NCBI GenBank assembly: GCA_964304625.1
Contig: OZ199839.1
Location: 4,916,837 to 4,980,836 of the forward strand
Reading direction: 5' to 3'
DNA: 64,000 nt
DNA from: Kudoa neothunni
Lineage: Eukaryota; Animalia; Cnidaria
In this document: positions 27,867-41,077 of the stretch, piece after piece
Layout: every line of letters starts with the position of its first letter
Position numbering within the stretch: position 1 is the first letter of the stretch
Program-made: the position numbers and the translations under genes
Notes under the pieces: generated by a model
What the model was told of the DNA's origin: nothing
Database searches by the model: none
What the model saw: the letters and a program-made list of their open reading frames with translations, nothing else

Positions 27867-28430
27867 TCACATTTTAGATTTGGTGACTTCAACTATACGT
27901 TTAGCAACATCATGAGCAGCAAAATAATAGTTTTGCTCATCATCTGTAATAGCAGATTTGGCTTTGGAATCGTATTCATTTGCTAATTTTTGAGCCATAT
28001 TTCCATCGAGATTGTTAACCTCGGTCACATCCGCCGCAAATATTTGAACGTGAGAATTTTTTCCAACTTAATAAGAGTTTTTAAAGTTGATTTGTATGTG
28101 GTGTTAATTTTCATAATGGAAGAAAACATTAAAAATACCCGAAACAAATCCACTGCTTACAAAGTAATGGTCGACATTACCATCATTTTTTACTGATACC
28201 ACACCGGGAAGTAGTTCTACCACAACCGGTACATGGTTTTTCAGAATACCAAAATCTCCGTCAGTTGTTGTCACATCAACTTGATTCACCATAGCTCCGT
28301 CACAAACTTTCACTTCTCCACTGGAAAAAGTCAGTCTTAGTTTGTTGGATGTAGTTGAGCAATGGCGGGAACTTGATTGGGAAGATAAACCAAATCTTCC
28401 TTTCAAAATCTGAAAGAGGTATCGCACCAT
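27867..28430 (-). CDS. ATP5F1D: Mitochondrial ATP synthase F1 delta subunit, 2 exons
   Basis: VNQVDVTTTDGDFGILKNHVPVVVELLPGVVSV..YFVSSGFVS; presequence-like N-terminus; one GT-AG intron, after which the frame is open to TGA. Confidence 0.92.
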
Positions 28431-29186
28431 TATTACAGTATCGCCGAGAGTTACCGAATTTTAAATAATTTCGTCAAACTTTATCGAGTTTGCTCTCAGC
28501 GTAATTCATTGCACTTTTGATATATAGTAAAAAATAAAAAAAATTGTTTATTATTGTTTATTGATAATAAATTTAATCATATACCCAACTAGGACATCAC
28601 CCCGATTTAGTCCGAAAATTATTTGTAATTAAAACTTTTAAAAATAAAAGCGTGGATTATATTTAGCATTGATAATATAGCTTATATGACTTAAAGATTT
28701 ATATCTGTGAGCAATTGACCCAAAAACGACATTTAACCTTTTCTTGCCTAATGGCCGGTATACAGAAAAATGTTATTCTCGTTATTGTAAAAAATAAGCT
28801 TATATTTTTGATTAAGTGCATTTAAATGAGTTAAATTTAGGCAAGTGTTACGGGTAATATTGTAATTTTAAAGAAGCGTTACCAATATTAACTTTAATAC
28901 CTAATGTTATAAACTCCTCATCGCAATATTTACTAAAAGAATTCAATTGTAACTTAAGAGATTTTCAATTTTTCTCAAAAATAAAATTTAAGGAAATATA
29001 ACATTACTAAAAATAAAAATTTATGAATTAATTTTACTTTCCTAGGACAGAGAGGGATCAACATCATATTTTTGTGTTTTCCTTGGTAATGGCTTTAAGT
29101 TAATAGTTCAGATTTTTGGTTATGCTGGTTCATAAAGGAACCCTCGGTTATATATGAATTTGTAAGGAAAATTTCTTCTTTATTAA

Positions 29187-29435
29187 CCCTTGACGACTAA
29201 CCATTGGATTCGCGCGTCCACCTTTCTATTATTTTGTTGTAAAGCCTGGTATATTTTGCGTAATTTCGTCAAACCTTTAACTAATTTTATTATGTCTGTC
29301 GAGAGATAATGCTATTTTAACAATATAGATGAAATTATGGCGAATATGCACATAATATAACATGCTTAACAACCAAATTTATAAACAAAATAGTACAAAG
29401 GTGGCCGTGTGGAGCCCAAGGTTATCCTGTGGGGG
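29187..29435. mobile_element. piggyBac-type MITE (~250 bp)
   Basis: TTAA on both sides, CCC..GGG termini, ~40 bp imperfect TIR ending CCACCTTT/AAAGGTGG. Confidence 0.7.
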
Positions 29436-29500
29436 TTAAGTAAAGCAATTTTGGGTTTTAATAAAAATCTTCGAAAACCTTTTTAATTATTAATCTATAT

Positions 29501-31103
29501 CAGGGTGGGAAACTTTTTTTTTTGTTTACAGGGTCGAACTCCTGACGCAACTTGTTAGGTTGTGAAGTTCGGGCTGGTTAGGCCATCTCCATTTGCGTTT
29601 TAGGCATCACAGCGTCATATTAAGGCGACTTATGTTTATGCAGTAATGTGGGATTCTAACCCAATAAATATCCTTGTTTAGGAGCAACCACCACCCCAAT
29701 CATACACTGGACTAAGCTAGAATTAGTCTGGGAAAGTCATCTGAATGCGGACGCCGGCTCTACGGAAACCCCCTACTGCAAGCAAGGCCACGATAAATCG
29801 TAGATCTTTGCGATTACTACAGCCTTCCTACTTAATTTCGGATTAGGAGTACAGGAACGTCCGGACTTGGCTTCGAACTCGCAACCCAACAACACTTTAC
29901 CATATTGTCCAGGCAGGGATCGGAAACTGATATGGCCGGAAGAGCCAATTATTGATGGTGGGTAAAATCTTGCTACTTCCGGGCCGCAAATTAAATATAG
30001 GCTGGAAAATCAAAATATGTAACTTTGAAACCATGAATACATACATTTCACAAAAATCTGGAGAAAATTATCGAATTAGTCTATCTATGCGTTTTTCTAT
30101 AACTAATTAATCGATTATTCTTATTAATAACATTTAAATGTGGGGAAATAATAAAAATAAAAAAGGTATACACTTGAATTTATCTGATTACTTCAAATAA
30201 CATTATAATTTCGTTTTTGATAATTTCCATTATGATGAATCAGTAATTTTATCAATAACCTCTATACGACAAATATATGATATAAAATTCACTTTTATGA
30301 ATGTATCGTCAACAACAAGAAAATTCAAACCATATAATTTAATCTTTTAAAATTGAAAGAATTACTTTCTAATGTATTTTCCTGAATGTAATTATTTCAA
30401 TGACGTTTTATAAGGGTGTTTCTTTGTATTAAAACTAAAGGACATTTAATATTACGAGAGAATTCTTTTATTGGATAACCTTTAATGAAAATGTATGTAT
30501 AACCACTTTTTTATGTAAAAAAGTTTACTCAGAAAAATTTTTAAACTGTAAAAACTATCAACACTTTCATGAGTCTAATTTAAAAATTCAAAAAAGCTGT
30601 GCATATAAACAAATAAGATGTATTTTGTATAATGATCGTAACATTTATTTTTAAGTAGTTTTAGTTTAATATTAACCTATATATTAAGAAGAAATTTTGA
30701 TTAATGATTAAAATAATTTTTTGATTTAAAACCGCAGATAAGATTGAGAATATTTAGAGTTATTGTGTTTCATCAATAATTGCATATGTATAGGACAATG
30801 CTCCATGACGAATTCGTGATGTTTATTAGTTATCTGTGTTTGCTGAATCTTTTCTTTTTATACTTAACTTGTAAGTTTCAAATTACGAAAATCAATTTAA
30901 GTTGATGAAGTTGGAGCATCATACATTCTTTCAATATCCATATATTTCCATTAAAAAATGATTTATGTTCTATGACAGTTCAAAATTCGAACGTAATAAT
31001 GAGTTCAGCGGCTGGGAATTGTATAATGTCTTCGCTTTTTAAACTTAGATATTGTAGTTAATATTAAGCACGTAAGATGGGGGTCGCAGGTTGCCGATCC
31101 CGG
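29501..31103. mobile_element. Non-autonomous hAT element
   Basis: CAGGG..GGAAAC left end and GGTTGCCGATCCCGG right end; 8-bp flanks ATCTATAT / ATCTATAC. Confidence 0.6.
29514..29914 (-). mobile_element. tRNA-derived SINE
   Basis: Minus strand begins GCCTGGACAATATGGTAAAG (A-box-like) with GTTCGAAGCC (B-box) and ends in a poly-A run; flanked by AGGGTGGGAAAC / AGGGATCGGAAAC; GC-rich relative to flanks. Confidence 0.6.
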
Positions 31104-31112
31104 ATCTATACA

Positions 31113-32896
31113 CAGTAGGCAATCGATTTTTCGTAATTTTTAACTTCTCATTTCTCGTTTACTCTGATAGTTTCTGTTAAAATAAAGATTTAATATTAGA
31201 ATGTCAAATTAAAATTTAATTTAAAAAAATTTACAAATAAAAAAAATGTTGAAAATACTAAAAATCCATCATTGCGGATTTTTCGTTGTTTTGAGATGAC
31301 AGAAAAAAATTCAAAATTTATAACTATTAAGGGAAAATTTGAAATACAGTAGTAACAAAGAGCTTGATTCTGAAAATTTTCAGTGAATTAATTTGATGCA
31401 CTCGAAAAAATAGAGCTAACTTTAATTGATATGATTAATAAAATGAGAGAATTGCGCTCAAATGATTCGTGCGTGGATTCTCCAATAACCGGCGTTTTAA
31501 AGGGTTTTAACCAAGATTCAATCTAAATGGCAGAATTATCATGATGATTCTTGCGCCGTTGATAACGAAACAGTTAAAAGATGGATTCCGATGTTATTAG
31601 ATACAATAAAGGATTATTCACCCGACTGTGTTTTTAAAATCGGCGAAATTGCGCTATACTATCAGCAACACGAGCTAAAATGTTTGTTTTCTTAATTTTA
31701 GATAAGAGCTATGCTACAAATAAGGAGAATGCCTATAACTGACTAAAAAAGGAGAAAAAAGAATAACAATCCTCGTTGGTGCATTCATCTCTGGTAAGGA
31801 ACTCGATCCTTTGATTATTCGACATCCTGCTAAACCGAGATGCTCCAAAAATGTAAAAAATCTTCTACTAAAATATGAGTGCCGCAAAAAAGCATGGATG
31901 GCTCATGATGTGTTTACAAAATATATAACTGGTTTAAATAAGTTTTTGTAATAAATTCCAATTCCCAACCTCCCAAGATTTTCTGGAACCTATGATTCTA
32001 ACTAAAGAAGGGTAAGTCTGTTAGCAATAAGACCATGTTAAATTGTTTTAAAGCTGGATTTTCTTCTGCTAACGATAAAGATATAAATAATCGGTAACGC
32101 TCCATGAAATGACAGAAATTGATGTGGAAATTGACCAGATGATTTTAGAGGAGAACCATAGTTTTCTATGGATAATGAAGATTCAGTTAATTTACAGCGT
32201 AACATAGAAAAGGTAAAAGAACCACTATGATGCTATGATGATGACGACGTATCCTAAGATTGACGAATCGAAGATATTTATTCGCAGGAAGTTACAGAAT
32301 CAATCAAAAAACTTCAAAGTTTCATAAGGTGTAATGCAGTTGATGGGTACAACTTGTTCATAAAGCTGGAAAGTACATTGTCAAATGTATTATTCAATTT
32401 ATTTTAGCCAAACTAAGATAACTGATTTTTTCTACAAAGGCGATTTTTAAATTCGTTTCTCAGTTACTCTTTGGTTTCTAATAGCTTTTATCCGCGATTA
32501 TTTATCCAAATCGATAATAATTGATGAGGTAAGATAAAAAAACTATTACTAGCGTTCCCTGTTGCTGCAATAATTAAATTCAAAATCACTTAGCTCAAAA
32601 TTTACAATAGAATAAATTTTTATTCCATCATAAATATGAAATAATACAGAAAATTTATTCACAAAATCAATAAGATTTTGAAAGGAATGTTAATTGCCAA
32701 TTAAAATAAAAAAATTAAATTTACTCATATCAGCAATAGGATTAAATGTGTTTATTTATTTGTTTAATTTTTTATATTAAATAAAACATAAAATGAGATG
32801 AATTTTAATGAAAACTCAGTTTAATCACTCCCCCAACTATCACGATTCTGAGAGACGCGCGTGCTCAGACAAATACGAAGAATCGATTACCTAGTG
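31113..32896 (+). mobile_element. Degenerate pogo/Tigger element
   Basis: Imperfect 23-bp TIR CASTAGGYAATCGATTYTTCGTA; RITILVGA..DPLII..AKPRC..KKAWM remnants. Confidence 0.7.
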
Positions 32897-32999
32897 TAAT
32901 ACAACAGTTCAGCTAATCACATAAAAAGGTAATAAAATGAAAAACGGCAAAACTTCATTATTCGTGCCAACATCGGATGGAAAAATCGAGCGATTGGAA

Positions 33000-33800
33000 C
33001 CACGTATAATATTTTTAAACAAGCTATTTTACAATGAAAGAGGTTATTTGCACGGTAAATTTTACTCCTAAACGGTACAGCATTTCAAGATCTAAATGCA
33101 ACTGGTTAGAAATGAATTATTTTAGTTATTTATTGTTTTTTCCGTATGAAAATACCTTTGAAAATAGGATTCAGTGTGGTTTTAATAGTTAAGACAAGTT
33201 TGTGAGGTAACTTCTACGAGACTCTTCATAATGGTGTCGAGTAATTCTCCTTAATTTTTTGGAGATTTATTCGTTACAATCGTTGTTAATTGATGAGAAA
33301 ACTTCTTGATAGGATTAAGAAATTGCGAATATGGTGGAAAAATAGAAGCTTACGATTGCTTGCCTGAATTAGTTCCATAATTAAATTTGTTTTATAGAAT
33401 CTAACATTGTCTATAACAAGGATAACTCTTCCGATTTCTTCATATCCAGATTATGGAATAATTTATTGGGGGAAAACAAGAAATATATGTTGGTTTACAG
33501 ATCCACGTTAAAAATCCAGATTCTTTCTCAGTTCAGGGCTGAAATTAATGTTATATTGTTAGATTGTACATTTAAATTTTGAAATTTTCTCTAAACTCAA
33601 AAATCGTTTTACCAAATGATCTTTTCGTTGAAATGGAAAACCCCGATTCATCTACACATAAACGACGGGAATATAAAGTGGCTTATTTTGGAAAAATTTT
33701 AGTACATATTCTTGATATAAAAATATGCTAATTATTGCAAAAATGGATCAGCTTCTATGTTAGATTGTTAAGTTTATCTCAATGATACATTTTTAGGATT
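33000..33800 (+). mobile_element. Possible Mutator/MULE transposase remnant
   Basis: LLDCTFK followed by an FYQ-like motif; the segment near 33040 resembles 43175-43215. Confidence 0.35.
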
Positions 33801-34740
33801 GTATCTTTGATTTTACCATTAATTATAACATTTAATAAAAAAATTCGCGACATAACTCAATGAGTTTTTCCTCCGCTAAGGATGGTTGCATTTTGATTTT
33901 ACATAGTAGCATTTAGATCTTGAAATACTGTATGTATGCATGTGCAATGGGAATTCTTTTCCCCAGTAATTCTTTCTCACGAGCTATATACAGATTTAAT
34001 TTTTTAGAATCTTCTACGGTAAGTAATTGATTTTGCATATTCTTTTCTGCACATGTACATTATAATTAATATTCCCTTTTGGGAACGTAAAAGAAAACAT
34101 TTGATTCCTTTTTATCGTCGAAATACGAATGAATAAAAGTTCTATAATCGAAAAAATAAGTTATTTTGGATTGTGTCATATTTGGCCCATTATATAAGCG
34201 CTTCCCAACTAAAATTGGGCTCACATCCCCATTTGATGACAAAACAAAATTCGCACTCCATGACATACGATAAGGTGTGACTAACTCAAAATTTCTCAAA
34301 AATTATTTTCTATTGTGGTCGACTCTCGGATCCCCTAAGCCCATAATTCACATTCCTAGAGGATGTGAACTCTCTGTACAGAATTGCTGCATTATATCGT
34401 GTATATCAATTTCCAATTCTAATAAAAATCGAAAACGATCTAAACCTTTTTTAACTAGGGAGAAGATTTAGATTTTTTCGGAGAATATCATTTAGAGTTA
34501 TTGTATTTGATATGTTAAAATGTTCCACAGTTGCTATTGGAGTTTTTTATGGAAAATTTTTAAAATATTGTATAATTTGATATTTTTCTTGCATGTTCTT
34601 ATGTTTTGAACTTTTCTTATGGCGATATTTACAATTTTTCCAAGAAAAATTGTAAATTGATCAAAAGATTGTTTCAAACAAGTGTACAAAATGGGGAAAT
34701 CACCTGATTTTGAGCATATATTTTGCATCTTTTATCGTCA

Positions 34741-36022
34741 ACTAGCGCGAACTGCCCAGCGTTGCTTGGGGAAGATTTTGCCTAGAGACGTTTTTAATAG
34801 TATTCAAAAAATATATTGAAGTTTCAAATTAACCCATAGGAACAAAATAATTAAAAATTTTTAAGCAACATACTTTAACGATTTGGATTATGATATTTAA
34901 ATTTTGATCATTTCTTTGAAGGAGTGTTCCAATCCCGGCGTTCATTTGAAAATTCCGTGATTCGGCACCAACGCTAAATAATTTTAGATCAGTGTCGTAT
35001 TTTTTTCATTCCCAAATTATTTAAATCCCGTTAAGGTGTTATCTAAAATGTTATTTTTTGGCCCGGATCAGAAAGTTTTTGAACCACTGTTTACAGGAGA
35101 CAAATAAATAGAAAACATGTAGAGATAGAAGAAAATAGACGAAAATTAATTTTTATTGCTCAAATTAATGTCTCTTAACACGGTAAGAGCTTAAAGCACT
35201 TTTCCACATAAACAGCCACGAATCGCTTCAAATTCAGCATAAACAATTTAAATAACTGGGCGGAATAAACATACAACCATCAGCATTGAATTTAATCACG
35301 GAAAGTTAAATTTAGCGGACGATTTCAATGAAATCTACGGACGCAATATTTCCATTATAATGCTTCAACCAATATAATTTTAACGTTATCCACCAATTCG
35401 TTATTTATGAAACGTATATAGAATTTTTTATTATATCTAAAACCATTAACAGAACCTTCAAAATATGTTTATCAAGTCAAATACGTTAAGACTCCACAAA
35501 TAAGGAGTGCACATGCCTAACTCCTAAATATACACGCCAACTGTTGTGTCCAAGTTTAGCAAAACGTTAGCAAGGGAAAACACGTTGACACAAAAATACA
35601 ATGAATATGAAAAAATGGATTAAATGGATTACTCAACTAATTACCAGGTTTGTGTACAGGGCTGGGAAGAGATTATGTACATAACACCAACATTATATAA
35701 AAAGTCAGTTTCTATCGCTTAGTTTAAATTCGATAAAGCATATAAGGAGGAACATTAACTTCAACCGACAGTCATCACGATATAAGCAGGTGTTAATCCT
35801 ATTTTTGAACTCAAGTAATCCGTTTAACAAACTTTGAATCGACAAAATCACCATTTTCTAAACAATTCTGGGAACATTTCGTAATGAGGAAACGATTTAA
35901 AGATTTTTCGAAACATTGTAATTTTAAACAAAATTCTTGAATGTCTCTCTATAAGGAAAAAAATTTGGACTCACATGCGTACTTGCTGACACACACACAT
36001 GGACACTTCAGCTTTATATATA
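34741..36022 (+). mobile_element. Possible non-autonomous Helitron-like element
   Basis: ACTAG start with a CCCAGCGTTGCTTGGG hairpin; ends with (CA)n then CTTCAGCTTTATATATAT, resembling non-autonomous Helitron/Helentron ends. Confidence 0.35.
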
Positions 36023-36734
36023 TCAGGATTGGCCAAATTATGACATTTGAAAAAATTTTTGTTCTTGGAATCTTTTTTAATTCAATCAACACGTTAATTC
36101 AGAAAAGTACAAGGTTTAAACTGTCTAATAAAGTGAAGAAATGAAGCCTTTAATCTTAACTAGATAATATTTTTGATTAGAAAACATAGTTAAAAACTAT
36201 CATATAGTTTTAATATTTGATGCAAATCAGAATTATTATTAGTTTCATTAGGAAATACAATTAGAACTGGTGTTTATCCATATCAAAGTTATAGATATCG
36301 GAAGAATAAAAAATTCATTAAAACATTAAACATGATTCATAATTCCAACTCACCGAGCGAATTGTGGGAATACGTTCTAGAAACTAAATACTCAAAATGA
36401 AAATAAATTTGTCTGAAACTTGTTTCTATCTTCGGAACAACTTGTTGTGAGTCTATTTATTCGACGATGAAGTTTGTAAAATCGAAGCATCGCCGATACC
36501 TTCCTCACAAACAAACGCCTGACAGAATTAATTCGTACAGCGTTAACAGCATACGAACCAGATTACCGTCAGCTCGCTGACAATGTGGAACCTTAAAAAC
36601 TTGTAACATTAGAAACCATTTCTAAAAAATAATCCGAAAGCATTAAATCCTTATGTTATTACCTTATTCGTAAATAATTTTATTTTTTGTCGGACATGAT
36701 ACATGATTAACTTTCTAAAGCTGCTAAAAACAAT

Positions 36735-37950
36735 CTTCCGAAGTTTTTTGGGGTCAATTTGACCCCAGATTATTATTTGATAAACTAATTCTAAAAATTG
36801 TTACCTATTCAGCTTTCTGGTATTTTCGATTTCTATCGACTAGTTTTTTAGCAAAACAATGTGAAATATAACATTCATCCAGTTAAATCTTTTAGGGAAT
36901 GATCGTAAAATATAATCGAATGTATAATAGCTAATTTATTGTTTAAAATAATCGTTTGGGGTCTTTTTCGGGGAAAATATTGTTATTTCAATTTTCTATA
37001 AACGGTAATTTAATACTTAACCGAAAATAACAATTATTATTTATTTTCACGTAGACCATAATACTTTTTCAGTTTGGGTTTTTATCCTAATCTAGCGCGT
37101 AACCCCGTCTTTGTCAGGTTACATAAATATTTTGAGTTGAAGAATCCCTGAAAATCAGTTAAAAAATACGCTTGCACTCTCAGTTAATCCATCGAAAGGA
37201 TGGATTAACTGAAATATTTTTAAAGGAAATCGCACAAGTTCTCCCTCTATCAACCTCTCATGGGCCGAAATCTACAGACAGGGAAAATTGTCAAGCAAAA
37301 TTACCCTATCTAGGGACCCAGACTAACAATTTCCGAATCGTCAAAAGACGTCGATGTGGATATTGTCCTCGAGGAAATGATAAAAAAACTCAAACCACAT
37401 GCTCATATTGCAATAAACACTATTGCTTCGTTCATTTATCGAAGAAATGTAAGAATTGTTCAGATAATTAGATAATTAGGATAAAATCTTTAAAAATTTA
37501 TATAATCTTTTTGTTGCGTGAAGAATATATCGTCTTCAACTTATCAACTAAAACAATGAACGCGAAGCATCATTCTTCGTACGATCATTTGCGAACAGGA
37601 TCCGAGATTATTAATAAGGTATTAACACAGATTAAATGATATATTAATCAACATTTTGCCAATGAATGAGTCGATAGAATTCATAAAACGCCACTTCTTT
37701 ACTTTTTAAAATTTGTTTATAATACAATCGTAAAATAAAAACCTGGAGTCAATTTGACCCTAAAAATCCTCCGAAGAGAAAAATTTTGTTCATACTATTA
37801 TTGTGATCATTTCCCCTAAATTTTATTATTATATAATGTAAAAAATTTACAGAAATAAATAAAAATTGAATAATTTTAAAGAGTACACAAAGAGTAATGA
37901 TGGTTTTAATTATACTTAGGGGTCAGATTGACCCCTAAGTCTTGGGAGGG
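36735..37950 (+). mobile_element. piggyBac deletion derivative (Cys-rich domain plus 3' end)
   Basis: RRCGYCPRGNDKKTQTTCSYCNKHYCFVH; GGGTCAATTTGACCC-type palindromes near 36750, 37745 and 37918; GGAGGG-TTAA end. Left boundary uncertain. Confidence 0.75.
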
Positions 37951-38219
37951 TTAAATATAAAAAATATTATATTACTTTTGCAACCCTTTTCATAAAGAAA
38001 AAAGTATCTTGGATCATTGAATATTAATTTATTTTGTTGGAAAAACCATAATAAATTATGCCTGTAACAATTATATGTATGTTTTCCAGCAATTAACTGA
38101 ATAAGAAAAAAATTAAAAACCATTATTTATAATCATTCTACAACATTTCATTTTATTATTTACCAAAAATTTTCCAAAAATGTAAGTTTTAATAAGGAAG
38201 AGGTACGTAAATTATTTTA

Positions 38220-38291
38220 GTGCCTCGTGGCTCTTGAAAATTTGGCAACCTTCAAGTTGGCTCACGATATAGGCAAGTCTGCCCACCCCTG
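38220..38291. mobile_element. hAT-like right terminus
   Basis: TGGCTC repeats ending in TGCCCACCCCTG, typical of Buster/Charlie-type ends. Confidence 0.45.
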
Positions 38292-38312
38292 ATATATATA
38301 TATTATATATAG

Positions 38313-38333
38313 TAGATAGATAGATAGATAGAT
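38313..38333. repeat. (TAGA)n microsatellite
   Basis: About five tandem TAGA units. Confidence 0.8.
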
Positions 38334-38916
38334 TATTTGGGCCAAAATTACCGTGAGTTGAACATGTTTGTTTATATAAACATTAGGAACATTTACAATT
38401 GTGAATAATTTCACAAAAAGTGTGAAAATCGATCGCCGTCTGTACATTTATAATTCCTAACTCAACGCTTCGTTCTTACAGATTCGAATAATTAAATATA
38501 GTCGAAACTAATGACGCTCGAATATTATTCACCGTGCCGAAAGCCATTCTCTCAAAAAATATGCACAAAGTACATCGACTTTTCGATAATAAAAGATGAT
38601 ATTAAGAATAAAAATGTCAATTTCATATTTGTATAAAATTCACTAAATCTCTACAAAATAATCATAAAGAAAAATAATTCATTAAATAGTTCTAGAAAGT
38701 CATAAATGATTAAAACGAACGTCATTGATTTTTTTACAAAATCATAGAAGATAAAAGCTTCCATCTCCTTTTGACTGTTAAGTATTTGTTAATAATCAAT
38801 AAAGTATTTTGTATTATTGAATAATTATTATAAATTTAGAAAAGAAGTTCATAAACTGGCGAAATAATTGACGACAAGATAATATTTGTTTGTGTGATTT
38901 ATAACTCTCTCCGATC

Positions 38917-40630
38917 ATGGACAGCCGAATAATCGTCTATTTGTTCATAGTCACCTATGATCAAATTTATATTACGGTGTAAAAATATTTATACTTGATA
39001 AGTCAGTGGGTGGATGATCTACGTGCATGAAATTTTTGCAAATTCCTTGTCGGTAGCAGAAATCTCTCAAATCATACAACCTGTTATTTACGAAAATTTT
39101 CGGTCCTAACTAATTCACCATAATAAAAGTAAACTTAATGTCCTACAACAGGCTTTTCCAGGTTTTGCACCAAGTGCATGTATTCTTCTCTATATATTCA
39201 GCTTTATCTTTCGACGGTTCGACTTCGAGAGCAATCCAAGTAAACACCTTTTCCGAGTCAACAACGGCAGTTAAATTTACTTACCAGGCAGGGGATACAT
39301 GATGTTTTCTTTTTTAGTTCAATGACTTTGTATGTGAGTTATTTATATAAGGTAATAAATAAATACGTGTATTATTCAGGCATCTGCCCAACGTCTCACA
39401 AATTATTGACCTATATGGTAGAATATTTAGAAAATATCTGGATTTTTCTCTCCTCTCTTTTGCCAGTTCTCCTATTCACAACTTATTAAAATTAAACGAG
39501 AAAATTATCATACCATTCCTTTGTATTTCAAAAGGTCGTTATATAAACGAGAAACTTCGAACGATAACTTATAATCTATTCTGTCACCAAGAGTTAACTA
39601 ATAAATTTATCCAAAAAGTGGCGACCAATTTGTAACAAATCCTTACGTGATCAATGAGATCTTTATTGAGTGTGTGGACTGGGGTTAGCAAGAGCACAAT
39701 CAAAACTAATAAATTAAATATAGATATTCTCAATCTAAGCAAAAACCTGAACACATCATTCTGGTAGATTATCGTTCGGGTCTCCTGGTGGAGCGTCGTA
39801 TCGGTTCTCTTATCTTAATACGATAAATTTAATGAGCTCGTATTGTTCCTAATACTATTTGGCTCCAAATTTAGACTTTGTGGAGTGATCTGATTAGCCA
39901 TTAAAAATTTACAATTTTTGAATGAGGATTATATTGATATTAAAAAGTTACACAATCGAATTTATACTGTATAAAAAAATTATTCATTTTACGTGCTTTG
40001 CAAATAATGTTCATTTTTGATTCTCTGGATTAATAAAATGAGAAATTAATCCAAATAAAATATATTTTACAATAACTTATATTAATTTGATTATAATGCA
40101 GAATAGTGGCCACATTTTCCGATTGAAGATTATAATTAGTTCGTCGATTAATCCCGCATTTTTTATAACAAGTTAGCATGAAATATTTTGAACATTTAAT
40201 GGTAAGAATGACCGAATTAATTATAATAAATTATTTCTGATAATAACGTTATGCATTTGCTACAAATAATTAGCTAATGCTTGTATAAAATACGAAATTC
40301 TTATTCATATAGACAAAGAATTGATACAGTAGACAATCACCAAGGATATATGATATATTATGACAATCCATCATAATTCGAATTTTCCGATTTTAATTTT
40401 AGAATTAATATAACTTTCTCCAACGGCTTAATTGGTAGAATAGCCTCTTGAAATAATTGCTACTGTGATAGCAAATAGCAATTGCCAAAAGTAACTTACT
40501 GATGGTGTAACACTGATAAATACTTAAAAATAAAATAATCAACAGGTTCTTTTTTGTTCGTTGTCGCTGATTTGGACTACAGCTACTATTTTACCTTCTA
40601 ACCAATTTTTTGAATGTTTATATTTAAGTG
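38917..40630 (+). CDS. Putative multi-exon gene of unknown function
   Basis: Hydrophobic start MDSRIIVYLFIVTY and a series of short GT..AG intron-like intervals with open exons; no family recognised. Confidence 0.3.
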
Positions 40631-41077
40631 GTAAGAATTATAACGCTCACTTATCACAGTCAGCATCGACCAGTAAAAAGGTCTTATTAAATTATCGGTA
40701 TTGACTGTGCAAATAGTATTTTGTAAAATACTCTTTACAATATCACCTCATTGTAAAGTTTATTGCATCTCTAGCGTAATGTATAAAATTTAAACCGTTG
40801 TTTATATGCAAATATATCACAACATCTTTTTTTAAGAAAGTCGCCAAAATACATATTCGTAATTATAAAACTCTGTTGGTCATTTTACGTGATTAAAACT
40901 AACGTAAAACTGTCGAATTTTCATTTATTTATAAAATTTTTATTATTTAATTATGGCGAACATTTTTAAACCCCACTAATTTTAATATTGATATAACATT
41001 TTTTTGGTTTAAGCTAACGACTCGTAGTTAACTTTATTCTAATATTAAGTTACAAACATTACATTGATTCAAAAGAT

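Noticed and set aside
13941-37954. Matching piggyBac termini 24 kb apart as one giant gene-carrying element
   Set aside because: The match is only about 12 bp, many independent piggyBac ends are present, and the right end has its own local internal sequence.
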